A DNA stretch of 64,000 nucleotides, taken from positions 64,001-128,000 of the forward strand of contig CAVWBU010000035.1 in NCBI GenBank assembly GCA_963753345.1, read 5' to 3'. A model generated the notes under the pieces. The model ran no database searches, was not told where the DNA came from, and worked only from the letters and a program-made list of their open reading frames with translations. A program made the translations under genes and the position numbers. Origin of the DNA: an uncultured Fibrobacterota bacterium. GTDB taxonomy: Bacteria; Fibrobacterota; Chitinivibrionia; Chitinivibrionales; FEN-1185. The first letter of the stretch is position 1, and each line of letters opens with the position of its first letter. This document shows positions 8,194-18,002 of this stretch, piece after piece.

Positions 8194-10413
8194 ATGGATC
8201 ACTCACCTCCCCTTCCGCCCCTTTCTTCCCCGGCAATCGACGAGGCGGCTTCCGCGTTTGTAAAGCAGATCGCCGACCTTAACCCGAAAATAAACACCGC
8301 GCTCATCGACAAGGCATACCGGTTCTCGTGGAACGCGCACCGCGACCAGACGAGAAAGTCGGGCGAGCCCTTCCTCGCGCACCCGGTCGCGGTGGCGGTG
8401 ATCCTCGCCGAGCAGAAGCTCGATTCGATCACCATCGCCGCCGGACTGCTGCACGACGTGATCGAGGACACTGCCATCACGCGGGAACAGATCGGCAGAG
8501 AGTTCGGCGAGGAAATCCTGCAGCTCGTGGAGGGCGTCACCAAGATCCAGCGCTTCCAGATGAAGTCGCGCGAGGAGCGCCAGGCCGAGACCTACCGCAA
8601 AATGCTTTTGTCAATGGCCGAGGACATCCGCGTTATCATCATCAAGTTCGCCGACAGGCTGCACAACCTGCGCACGCTCAAGTACCTGGAGCCCGCAAAG
8701 ATCCGGCAGATCGCGGCGGAGACGCTCGACATCTACGCGCCGCTCGCGCACCGGCTGGGCATGGCGAAGATCAAATGGGAGCTCGAAGATCTCGCGTTCA
8801 AGTTTTTGTATCCGTCCGAGCACAAGGACATCGTGGGCAAGGTGGTTGCGTCGCGCGACGACCGGGAAACGCTCGTCGAGTCGTTTGCAGAGCCGCTCAG
8901 GCAAAAGCTCGCCGAGGAGGGCATTGAGGCCACGGTAATCGGCCGGCCCAAGCATTTCTACAGCATCTACCGCAAGATGCTCCAGCGCAACAAGCCGTTC
9001 GAGGAAGTGTACGACCTGCTCGCCCTCCGGATCATCACCGCCACGGTGAGCGACTGCTACCACGCGCTCGGCGTGGTGCATTCCCTGTGGAAGCCGATCC
9101 AGGACAGGTTCAAGGATTATATAAGCACGCCCAAGTCCAACGGGTACCAGTCGCTCCACACCACGGTGTTCGGCGAAAAGGGAAACATCATTGAAGTGCA
9201 GATCCGCACCTGGGAGATGAACCAGGTTGCCGAGGAGGGAATCGCCGCGCACTGGCTTTACAAAGAGGAGGGGGCGTCCGGCACGGTCTCCCGCGACGAC
9301 CGGTCGCTCTCGTGGCTGCGCAATATCATCGACTGGCAGAAGGACCTCACCGATTCCAACGAGTTCTACGAGTTCTTCAAAATCGATTTGTTCCACGCGG
9401 AGATTTTCGTGTTCACGCCCAAGGGCGACCTCATCTCCCTGCCCAAGGGCGCGACCGTGCTCGACTTCGCGTTCGCCGTGCACACCGACCTGGGCGTGCA
9501 CTGCATCGGCGCCAAGGTTGACGGAAAGATAGAGCCCATCAACAGGGCGCTCAAGAGCGGCATGACCGTCCAGATCCTTCACTCGAACACCAAGAAGCCG
9601 TCGGTGGACTGGCTCCGGGAAGTGAAGACGGCAAAGGCCCGCTCCAAGATCAGGCGCTGGCTCAAGACCGCGGGCCGCCGCGAAAGCATCGAGCTCGGCA
9701 AGCGCATTATCGGCATGCACCTCAAGAAGTTCAACCGCACCGCGGCCTTCATCGATCAGGCGCCGTCCATCCTCACGTCGCTCGGCATCACCACGCTGGA
9801 CCGGCTGTACGAAATGACCGGCTCGGGCGAACTCCCGGTCGCGCGGGTGATGGAATTCCTGCGGAGCAAGCAGGAGCGGAGGTTTGCGCCGTCGGCCGTG
9901 GTGTCGCGCCTGGTCCGCACGTTCCGCCGCGGAAGGAGAAGCAGGGGCGTTCTGGTGGGCGGCTCGGACAACCTCATGGTGCGCTTCGCCAAGTGCTGCA
10001 ACCCGATCCCCGGCGACCAGATCGTCGGGTTCGTCACCAAAGGACGCGGCATCTCCATTCATCGCGCAGATTGTCCCAATGTCCCGCTGTTCGCGGGGGA
10101 CGAGGACCGCAGGATTCAGGTGAGCTGGGAGGACGACGAGGCGAGAAAATACACGGTGTCGCTGCATATCACGGGGAGCGACAGGCCCGGCCTCCTGCAC
10201 GAGATTGCGGAGGTGTTCTCAACGCTCGGCGTGAACGTGGCCGAGGGGAATCTCCGCTCCAAGGGCCAGCAGGCCACGGCCTCCTTTACAATAAAGATAA
10301 GCCACCGGAACCAGCTCAAGCAGATTTTCCGCAGGATACAGAAGATAAAGGGGATAGATAATATTATTCGGACCAAGGAGCTGGAGGATTTTTCGGAAAT
10401 AGAAGATGTGTAA
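8194..10413 (+). CDS. relA: Bifunctional (p)ppGpp synthase/hydrolase (long RSH)
   Basis: HD domain (LHDVIED), GRPKHFYSIYRK, YQSLHT, EVQIRT, TGS (FTPKG), CCNPIPGD and C-terminal ACT. Confidence 0.97.
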   Translation: MDHSPPLPPLSSPAIDEAASAFVKQIADLNPKINTALIDKAYRFSWNAHRDQTRKSGEPFLAHPVAVAVILAEQKLDSITIAAGLLHDVIEDTAITREQIGREFGEEILQLVEGVTKIQRFQMKSREERQAETYRKMLLSMAEDIRVIIIKFADRLHNLRTLKYLEPAKIRQIAAETLDIYAPLAHRLGMAKIKWELEDLAFKFLYPSEHKDIVGKVVASRDDRETLVESFAEPLRQKLAEEGIEATVIGRPKHFYSIYRKMLQRNKPFEEVYDLLALRIITATVSDCYHALGVVHSLWKPIQDRFKDYISTPKSNGYQSLHTTVFGEKGNIIEVQIRTWEMNQVAEEGIAAHWLYKEEGASGTVSRDDRSLSWLRNIIDWQKDLTDSNEFYEFFKIDLFHAEIFVFTPKGDLISLPKGATVLDFAFAVHTDLGVHCIGAKVDGKIEPINRALKSGMTVQILHSNTKKPSVDWLREVKTAKARSKIRRWLKTAGRRESIELGKRIIGMHLKKFNRTAAFIDQAPSILTSLGITTLDRLYEMTGSGELPVARVMEFLRSKQERRFAPSAVVSRLVRTFRRGRRSRGVLVGGSDNLMVRFAKCCNPIPGDQIVGFVTKGRGISIHRADCPNVPLFAGDEDRRIQVSWEDDEARKYTVSLHITGSDRPGLLHEIAEVFSTLGVNVAEGNLRSKGQQATASFTIKISHRNQLKQIFRRIQKIKGIDNIIRTKELEDFSEIEDV

Positions 10414-10437
10414 TAATATCAAATAAGAAAGTATTAT

Positions 10438-10581
10438 GGGGGGAAGGCTCCCCCTCGCTTCAGCCCGGCGCTCCCAATTTGCAACCAAGCCCAGTCGTGC
10501 GCCGGTCTTTCGCTACCCCCTCCTGGGTGGCCCCCGAGGAAGTTGATTTGCGAGCAAGTTGCTTCGGTTGGGGGGCACCCA
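10438..10581 (+). repeat. Intergenic repeat family B, copy 1
   Basis: GGGGGAAGGCTCCCCCTCGCT...CGCTACCCCCTCCTGGGTGGCCCC...GGGGGCACCCA. Confidence 0.85.
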
Positions 10582-10610
10582 CAAGCATTGATAAAGACAA
10601 AAAAAGCCAA

Positions 10611-10637
10611 TGTCATTGCGAGCGAAGCGAAGCAATC
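10611..10637 (+). repeat. Short TGTCATTGCGAGCGAAGCGAAGCAATC palindromic-element half copy
   Basis: Recurs at 32780..32807 with one substitution; both copies lie shortly after a family B copy. Confidence 0.65.
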
Positions 10638-10884
10638 AACCCATCCACTCATCAGCGCCTTCGCGTTTTTCAACCCGCAACTTGTCAACCTGCGCAACCC
10701 ATACTGCTCCTTTATCCACCCAATATCCACCCAAACACACGCGAAAGTTTGTTAAAAGAGAAATGCAATATTATTGCCAGAAATGTAATGACAAAGCAAT
10801 CTCGTTTAAGCTTATATTAGGGAAGTATCCTTTCTCCGGGGTCGTTGCGGAGAAATTCTATCTTGTAGAACCAGGAGTTGCCCT

Positions 10885-11349
10885 ATGCCAAAGTGCGCGG
10901 AATGCGGAAAAACATTCACCGTTGACATTTTTGACTTGTCAAAAGACGGGCTCTGCCCCATGTGCGGCAAGGCCGCCCAAGAGAAGTCGGAGCACGATGA
11001 CCAAGAACGGCTGTTGGCCGAAGAGAAGCAGGCGCAGCAGGAAAGCGAGCTTGCCGGGGCGCATGTAATTCTGTCTACGGGACAAATAGGCAGGCCCTAC
11101 GAAGTCATCGACATTGTCTTCGCGATTGACTCTGCAGACCCGAGTGCGTTCACCCATCGTGCGGGCGCTGACCCCGGCGCCGCCTTCAACAAGGTGAAGA
11201 TGCTGTTGCGGCATCAGTGCTCGGCCCGCGGCGGTGATGCGGTAATGCATTGCCAGTTTTTCCATCAAGTCGCCGAGGGATCCAATCTCCCCGTCGGCAG
11301 GCAGCCGGTGGAGATATTTGCGTATGGGACCGCGGTGAAATTTATATAG
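10885..11349 (+). CDS. Zinc-ribbon plus YbjQ-like (heavy-metal-binding family) protein
   Basis: CAECGK...CPMC at the N-terminus; PYEVIDIVFA, GGDAV and YGTAVK at the C-terminus; AGGAG RBS. Confidence 0.7.
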   Translation: MPKCAECGKTFTVDIFDLSKDGLCPMCGKAAQEKSEHDDQERLLAEEKQAQQESELAGAHVILSTGQIGRPYEVIDIVFAIDSADPSAFTHRAGADPGAAFNKVKMLLRHQCSARGGDAVMHCQFFHQVAEGSNLPVGRQPVEIFAYGTAVKFI

Positions 11350-11625
11350 CCCCCAAGAAGGTTGGTTTGCAAGAAAGAATCTTGGGCTGCGGGGGCACCG
11401 AGAAAGAGAGCCGAAAGTTGACGGTTTAAAGTTGAAGGCCGGCAAAACTACCAGTATTCCGTTATCATGTGATTCTTTCAACTCCGCTTGCGCAACGTTT
11501 TCTATAAGAAGCAATATAATATCCACTCCTCCTCTCTTTTTGACCCTGCCGGTTGCTTTGCTCCATGCTGGTTCTTATATTGAAAGAGACGCCTTTGGGC
11601 AAGAACATGGGAGCGGGAGCGTTCA

Positions 11626-12126
11626 ATGATAATCCGGCTGTCCCAGAAACTTTCCAAGAAAATCAAGGTACTTGATCTTCCGGCGGTCGCTCCTTGCGCC
11701 AATCCCTTCCTCGACTGGCATGCGCATTTGTTTACCTGCAACCGCGCGCAGTATATCATGGCGACAAATAGTACATCTCTGTTTTCGGTCTTCATGCACG
11801 GGGCGGGAGTAACCGATGACGGCGAGTTCATCTACCGCCTGATCGACACGCTCAAGGACGTCCTGCACGCAATCAAGGCCGACCTTATTTTTTCGAAAGT
11901 AATTGTTCCGGGAATGAAAGAGGTCCGGTTTGCAAAGGCCCAGGACAGGAGGGTGATCGGCTCAATGAATGACAACATATCTTTTGCAAAGTACTTGGTC
12001 CGCAATGAAGGCTGCAGCCCCTTCGATCTGTCGATGCGTCTGAGAGAGTACATACACTTGAGCCTTGGGGCGTATCCGGTGCAGGCGTTCTTGGGGATGA
12101 AGGCGGACCGGGATGCGCGGGATTAA
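11626..12126 (+). CDS. Uncharacterised protein (DUF6933-like) directly upstream of cas3
   Basis: RLSQKLSKKIK, DWHAHLF, SLFSV and DRRVIGSMND pattern; stop lies 3 nt before the cas3 ATG. Confidence 0.65.
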   Translation: MIIRLSQKLSKKIKVLDLPAVAPCANPFLDWHAHLFTCNRAQYIMATNSTSLFSVFMHGAGVTDDGEFIYRLIDTLKDVLHAIKADLIFSKVIVPGMKEVRFAKAQDRRVIGSMNDNISFAKYLVRNEGCSPFDLSMRLREYIHLSLGAYPVQAFLGMKADRDARD

Positions 12127-12129
12127 TGG

Positions 12130-14367
12130 ATGAGAAGGATGAAAAAAGAATGCATCGCACATGTTAAAAAAATGCCTGACGGCACTTGGACAGAACCGCA
12201 TCTTTTAGGCGATCACCTTGCCGGCACTGCCGAGCGTGCGGCGAATTTTGCCAGCGTTTTCAGTTCACGCGATTGGGGTAAGGTGGTTGGGCTCGCTCAC
12301 GATACAGGAAAATCTACCGAGAATTGGCAAAAGTATCTGATTCGTAAGAGCGGCTATGGAGAAGATGATGCCCATTTGGAAGGAAAGCCGCGAACGGTTG
12401 ATCATTCCTCTCCCGGCGCAAAATTAGCAGAGGAAATATTCGGCAAGTGTGCGGGGCGATTGCTCAGCTATTGCATTGCGGGACACCACGCAGGGTTGCC
12501 GGATTGGAGCACGGATACGGGCGGGCAAAGCGCACTCAATTACAGATTGAATAATACGGTGACAACGGGCATTTCTGAAGAATTCAGGATAAGCCTTGCG
12601 AATGTGAAACCGGGAGTTCCTCCATGGAAGTTTGAAAACCACGGTCTAGATCTTTCGCTTTGGATTCGAATGCTTTTTTCATGCCTTGTTGATGCTGATT
12701 TTCTTGACACCGAAGAATATATGGAACCGGAAAAAGCCGAGATGCGCAACGGCTATCTCTCGATGAAAGATTTGCTGGACCGATTCAATTCGTATATGCT
12801 GGACAAAATAGCCCATGCAGAGAAAACATCTGTAAATGAAATACGACAGGCTGTCCTTTCGGATTGCAGGAATGCGGCAAAGAAAACGCCCGGCATTTTT
12901 TCTTTGACAGTACCAACAGGCGGCGGCAAAACGCTTTCGAGTCTGGCTTTTGCCCTTGAACATGCGGTACTATACAAACTCGACCGGGTGATTTATGTCA
13001 TTCCGTATACAAGTATTATTGAACAAAATGCAGAGGTCTTTCGCGACGCAGTTGGTGGGGATCAAGTAATTGAGCATCATGCAAGTCTCGACGAAGACGA
13101 TTCCACGCCTAAATCACGGCTGGCCGCCGAAAACTGGGATGCCCCGATTATGGTCACGACTTCAGTACAGTTTTTTGAGTCTCTGTTTGCCGCGAAATCC
13201 AGCCGGTGCCGTAAGCTACACAATATTGCGAACAGTATTGTCGTTCTTGACGAGGCACAACTTGTACCAGTTGATTATCTTGCACCAATCGTTCAAATTA
13301 TGGAACTTCTCAGCCGTCGTTATCATGTAACTTTTGTCATTGCAACCGCCACACAGCCCGCTTTTGAAGCACGACCTGATTTCAAAGAGTTTAAAGGGCT
13401 TACTGTAGGGAGCGTCCGAGAAATCGTATCTGATGTTCCTTCTCTCTACAGTAAATTGAAACGCGTCAATGTCGAACTTCCGACAGATTGGGAAAACCCC
13501 AGAACTCTTGAAGACGTTAAGAATGACCTTGTATTGGAACCGCAGGTTCTCTGCGTGGTTTCCGACCGAAAAAGTTGCCGTGATCTTTACCGACTGATGC
13601 CAAGTGGAACATTCCATTTGTCCGCATTAATGTGCGGACAGCACCGAAGCGACACAATCGAACGAATCAAAGATAAATTAGCGAACAAAGAACCTGTTCG
13701 GGTCATCAGTACGCAGCTTGTGGAAGCCGGGGTTGACCTTGACTTCCCTGTTGTCTACCGTGCCCTTGCGGGTATCGATTCCATTGCGCAAGCGGCGGGA
13801 AGGTGTAACCGGGAAGGAAAATTGGGAAAGGGCCAGGTTGTGGTTTTTCTGCCGCCCAAGAAATCCCCACCTGGCATTCTCCGAAAAGCGGCGGAAACCA
13901 CGCAAACGATGCTGAAAACCGGCATCAAAGATCCGCTCGACCACACAGTTTTCGACAAGTTTTTTGCCGATCTCTATTGGAAGGCAAATTCCCTCGATAG
14001 AATGGGTATTGTCGAACTCCTAAAGCCGGATCAAGAAGAATGCGGTATCCAATTCCGTACTGCCTCGGAAAAGTTCCATATCATTGATAATAAGGACCAA
14101 CGCACGGTATTGGTTCCCTACGGTAAAGGTGAAGAACTCATTGCCTTGCTCAAAATCAAAGGGCCGGAACGTTCGCTCTTGCGCAAGCTTCAAAGGTATG
14201 CGGTAAATATCTACGCAAAAGACTTTGCCGTTATGCTTGAAAAGGGTTGGCTGGTAGAAACAAGCCCCGGCATTTTTGCGCTAACATCTTCCGCCGGTTA
14301 TGATTTGAAAACAGGACTTCTGGTTGATGAGATTCCTTTTGATCCCGATAAATTCACTTTGACATAA
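12130..14367 (+). CDS. cas3: CRISPR-associated helicase/nuclease Cas3
   Basis: HD nuclease (HL...HDTGK, GHH, LVDAD), PTGGGKT, DEAQ, STQLVEAGVDLDF and QAAGRCNR. Confidence 0.97.
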   Translation: MRRMKKECIAHVKKMPDGTWTEPHLLGDHLAGTAERAANFASVFSSRDWGKVVGLAHDTGKSTENWQKYLIRKSGYGEDDAHLEGKPRTVDHSSPGAKLAEEIFGKCAGRLLSYCIAGHHAGLPDWSTDTGGQSALNYRLNNTVTTGISEEFRISLANVKPGVPPWKFENHGLDLSLWIRMLFSCLVDADFLDTEEYMEPEKAEMRNGYLSMKDLLDRFNSYMLDKIAHAEKTSVNEIRQAVLSDCRNAAKKTPGIFSLTVPTGGGKTLSSLAFALEHAVLYKLDRVIYVIPYTSIIEQNAEVFRDAVGGDQVIEHHASLDEDDSTPKSRLAAENWDAPIMVTTSVQFFESLFAAKSSRCRKLHNIANSIVVLDEAQLVPVDYLAPIVQIMELLSRRYHVTFVIATATQPAFEARPDFKEFKGLTVGSVREIVSDVPSLYSKLKRVNVELPTDWENPRTLEDVKNDLVLEPQVLCVVSDRKSCRDLYRLMPSGTFHLSALMCGQHRSDTIERIKDKLANKEPVRVISTQLVEAGVDLDFPVVYRALAGIDSIAQAAGRCNREGKLGKGQVVVFLPPKKSPPGILRKAAETTQTMLKTGIKDPLDHTVFDKFFADLYWKANSLDRMGIVELLKPDQEECGIQFRTASEKFHIIDNKDQRTVLVPYGKGEELIALLKIKGPERSLLRKLQRYAVNIYAKDFAVMLEKGWLVETSPGIFALTSSAGYDLKTGLLVDEIPFDPDKFTLT

Positions 14368-14381
14368 GGAAAGGAGACCCC

Positions 14382-15110
14382 ATGAACGACTGGTGTCTTG
14401 AGGTATGGGGCGATTATGCTTGTTTTACAAGACCGGAAATGAAAGTGGAGCGAGTCAGCTATGATGTGATTACCCCTTCGGCTGCGCGGGCAATTTATGA
14501 GGCTATTCTCTGGAAACCGGCCATTCGCTGGAATATCACCAAGATTGAAGTGCTCAACCCCCTCAAATGGATTTCGGTGCGGCGTAATGAAGTGGGCAAA
14601 AAGTTTTCCGGTCCTACCGCGGATATAATGCAAGGCGGAATAGGCAAACCCCTTGGATTTTTTATAGAAGAAGAACGTCAGCAGCGGGCTGGGTTATTTC
14701 TGCGTGATGTGAGGTATCGGATTTATGCTTATTTCGACTTCATTCCCCCTGAAGAACGCAAGAAGAACCGTTCATCTACACCTGAATTTTGGGCAGATTC
14801 AGGTGAGGAACTGGAATTCGTTCGCGCAGACGAAAAGCCGGCGAAATATGCCGCAATGTTTGATAGAAGAGCAACAAAGGGGCAATGCTTCCACCGCCCC
14901 TATCTGGGTTGCAGGGAGTTTGCCTGCAATTTTGCATTGATTAAAGGAAATGAACCGGCGACCCCAATTACTGAAACGCGTGATCTTGGCTGGATGCTTT
15001 ACGACATGAATTTCGAGAATCTTGCGGAACCAATGCCGTTGTTTTTCAATGCTCAGATCGAAAACGGCGTTGTTAAGACAGACCGACGAGAAGTGGAGGT
15101 GCGTGGATGA
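14382..15110 (+). CDS. cas5c: Type I-C Cas5c
   Basis: ACFTRPEMKVERVSYDVITPSAAR and PYLGCREF. Confidence 0.96.
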   Translation: MNDWCLEVWGDYACFTRPEMKVERVSYDVITPSAARAIYEAILWKPAIRWNITKIEVLNPLKWISVRRNEVGKKFSGPTADIMQGGIGKPLGFFIEEERQQRAGLFLRDVRYRIYAYFDFIPPEERKKNRSSTPEFWADSGEELEFVRADEKPAKYAAMFDRRATKGQCFHRPYLGCREFACNFALIKGNEPATPITETRDLGWMLYDMNFENLAEPMPLFFNAQIENGVVKTDRREVEVRG

Positions 15111-16831
15111 TCCTACAGGCGTTGAAGGAATATTATGACAGGATGGCGGCGGACCAGGAGAGCGGGATTGCGCCGGAAGGGTGGGAGAAAAAGGAAATAC
15201 CCTTCATTATTGTCATAGATAAAAAGGGCGAATTTGTTCAATTTGAGGATACACGGGAAGGTGACGATAAGAAAAAACGGGCAAGGGCATTTGTTGTCCC
15301 GCAATCCGTTAAGAAAACTTCCGGAATTGCCGCAAATCTTCTTTGGGATGTTGCCGGATATGTTCTCGGTGTTGACACAAAAGGAAAGCCTGAACGTGCA
15401 CTTAAACAAAAGAAGGCCTTTATTTCACGAATAAAACAAGAACTAACTGATGTAGAGGAAATCAAACCGATTCTACATATTCTTGATACAATCAAATTAG
15501 AACGGTTAAAGGCGGAACCTTTATGGAATGAAATACTCGAAACTAATTCCAACATGACCTTTCGGTTTGCCGGGGAAAATGTTCTAATATGCCAGAAAGA
15601 ATCTGTTCGAAAAGCTCTTGCCTCTCGCGGCAAATCGGGTGGTCCTGTACATGTTTGTCTTGTGACCGGCAAAAAAGATAAAATTACGCCCCTTCATGCG
15701 TCAATAAAGGGTGTTTATGGTGCTCAAAGCTCCGGGGCCAACATCGTCTCTTTTAATCTGGATTCCTTTCGATCTTTCAACAAGGAACAGGGGTTCAATG
15801 CGCCTGTCGGAGAAAGCGCGGCCTTCGCATATGTCACGGCAATCAACACACTCCTGAGTAAGGACTCAAAACAGCGCATGTCAATCGGCGACGCCTCCAC
15901 TGTCTTTTGGTCCGAAAAGAAAACAAACTTCGAGTCAGACTTTTCTTCATTCTTTTCTGAACCGCCCAAAGACGACCCGGATTCCGGAACACGAAAGATA
16001 CGTTCACTATTTGAATCTGTTTCCAACGGTGCCTACGTAAACGATGATGGTAAAAGCCGGTTTTATGTCCTCGGATTAGCCCCAAATGCCGCCCGAATTG
16101 CTGTTCGTTTTTGGCAAGTTGGGACAGTAGCGGATTTTGCACAAAGAATAAAAGCTCATTTTGATGATCTTGCCATCATTAAACCCCCGAGAGAGCCGGA
16201 GTATTATTCGTTGTGGCGGCTTCTTGTCAACATCGCAACGCAAGACAAAAGCGAGAATATTCCTCCTAATGTTGCCGGAGATTTTATGCGGGCCATACTT
16301 GTCGGTGCACCATATCCGGCGACTTTGCTTCAAGCGGCGCTTCGTCGGATTCACAGCGACACCGAATACCGGGTAAAGCCCGTGCGTGCCGCGCTGATCA
16401 AAGCTTACCTCAACCGATATCTTAGAAATTATCCCAACTTAAACCACAAGGAGATTCTTATGTCTCTTGACACAAGTCAACAGTCTACCGGTTACCAACT
16501 GGGTAGATTATTTGCCGCCCTTGAAAAAATTCAGGAAGAATCCAGTCCCGGACTTAATGCAACAATTCGCGAACGGTTTTATGGCGCAGCATGCGCAAGC
16601 CCGGTCACCGTTTTCGCAAACCTATTGCGGTTAAAAAATCATCACCTTGCTAAAATGGATAACAAGGGTCGAGTTGTAAATTTCGAACGATTACTTGGGG
16701 AAATCGTGGGTCGCTTTAATGATTTTCCCGCGCACCTCGACCTACATGAGCAAGGCCGCTTCGCCATCGGCTACTACCACCAGCGGCAGGACTTCTTTAC
16801 CAAAAAAGACGATACAAACGCAAATAACTAA
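15107..16831 (+). CDS. cas8c: Type I-C Cas8c/Csd1
   Basis: MILQALKEYY, CLVTG, ANIVSFN, GLAPNAARI and GYYHQ; internal AAGGAG plus ATG (MSLD) consistent with the Cas11c internal start. Confidence 0.95.
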   Translation: MILQALKEYYDRMAADQESGIAPEGWEKKEIPFIIVIDKKGEFVQFEDTREGDDKKKRARAFVVPQSVKKTSGIAANLLWDVAGYVLGVDTKGKPERALKQKKAFISRIKQELTDVEEIKPILHILDTIKLERLKAEPLWNEILETNSNMTFRFAGENVLICQKESVRKALASRGKSGGPVHVCLVTGKKDKITPLHASIKGVYGAQSSGANIVSFNLDSFRSFNKEQGFNAPVGESAAFAYVTAINTLLSKDSKQRMSIGDASTVFWSEKKTNFESDFSSFFSEPPKDDPDSGTRKIRSLFESVSNGAYVNDDGKSRFYVLGLAPNAARIAVRFWQVGTVADFAQRIKAHFDDLAIIKPPREPEYYSLWRLLVNIATQDKSENIPPNVAGDFMRAILVGAPYPATLLQAALRRIHSDTEYRVKPVRAALIKAYLNRYLRNYPNLNHKEILMSLDTSQQSTGYQLGRLFAALEKIQEESSPGLNATIRERFYGAACASPVTVFANLLRLKNHHLAKMDNKGRVVNFERLLGEIVGRFNDFPAHLDLHEQGRFAIGYYHQRQDFFTKKDDTNANN

Positions 16832-16852
16832 CCTTAGAGAAAGGATTCTACT

Positions 16853-17767
16853 ATGTCTATCAACAAACGTTACGACTTCGTTTTGCTTTTCGATGTGGCC
16901 GATGGAAACCCGAACGGCGATCCCGATGCGGGAAACCTTCCGCGTGTTGACGCGGAATCGGGACACGGCTTGGTCACGGATGTCTGTATAAAGAGAAAAG
17001 TGAGGAATTATGTTCAAATCAAGTCAGAAGATAAAGCACCAAACCTGATATTTGTCAAAGAAAAGGCAATATTGAACAACACTATCGAGCAAGCTTACGA
17101 ATACCTCAAGATTGATCTTAGTAAAGCTCCGGTTGATCCCAATGATGGCAAGAAAAGAAATAAAGAAGGCGCTGGTCAAGGGGGTGAAATCGACAAAGCA
17201 CGCCAATTTCTTTGCCAGAACTATTTCGATATAAGGAGTTTTGGTGCAGTTCTATCAACGGGCGCAAATGCTGGACAAGTTCGAGGTCCTGTTCAGTTTA
17301 CCTTTGGTCGCTCCATCGATCAAGTGGTAGCTCTTGAACACAGTATTACCCGTATGGCCGTCACAACTGCCGCCGATGCCGAAAAACAAAGCGGCGACAA
17401 TCGGACAATGGGCCGCAAATTTACCATCCCCTATGGCCTCTACCGCACCCATGGTTTCGTTTCCGCCCCTCTCGCCAATCAGACCGGCTTTTCCGAAAAT
17501 GATCTCACTCTTCTTTGGGAGGCTCTTGTCGGCATGTTCGAACATGACCGCTCGGCCGCTCGCGGTATGATGGCAACCCGAGGCCTTTACATTTTCGAGC
17601 ATGATTCAAAAATGGGCAATGCTCCGGCACATGAGTTATTCGAGCGGATAACGGTAAAACGGGACGACGAAAACAAACCCGCCAGATCGTTCGCGGATTA
17701 TAAGGTTAGTGTCAACGAAAATGGATTGAAGGAAAAGAAAATAAATCTGATCCGTAAAGTCGGCTGA
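16853..17767 (+). CDS. cas7: Type I-C Cas7/Csd2
   Basis: [26 protein letters not shown] and HDRSAARG. Confidence 0.96.
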   Translation: MSINKRYDFVLLFDVADGNPNGDPDAGNLPRVDAESGHGLVTDVCIKRKVRNYVQIKSEDKAPNLIFVKEKAILNNTIEQAYEYLKIDLSKAPVDPNDGKKRNKEGAGQGGEIDKARQFLCQNYFDIRSFGAVLSTGANAGQVRGPVQFTFGRSIDQVVALEHSITRMAVTTAADAEKQSGDNRTMGRKFTIPYGLYRTHGFVSAPLANQTGFSENDLTLLWEALVGMFEHDRSAARGMMATRGLYIFEHDSKMGNAPAHELFERITVKRDDENKPARSFADYKVSVNENGLKEKKINLIRKVG

Positions 17768-17790
17768 CAATTTTTAAAAATCAAGGAGTA

Positions 17791-17970
17791 GGTACAATTT
17801 GTACCACCCCTTCGATAAGCCCAGTTGTCGTCAATTTGTCGACAACTGAAACCTAAAACGCCTAACGGCACAAGGTTCGCTTATCGATGGCGTGGATCCG
17901 GGTGCTTATGGACGAAAACGGACGGAGTCCCTGAAAGAAGAAGGCGGTCAACCCGTGACAATTTGTCACG
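17791..17970. repeat. Three palindromes sharing a CAA-T-TTG core; likely Bro-N-type gene fragments
   Basis: GGTACAATTTGTACC (17791-17805), CAGTTGTCGTCAATTTGTCGACAACTG (17822-17848), CGTGACAATTTGTCACG (17954-17970). Confidence 0.7.
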
Positions 17971-18002
17971 AGAAGAAATTTCCCGCGCTGGAATAAACGG
18001 CA

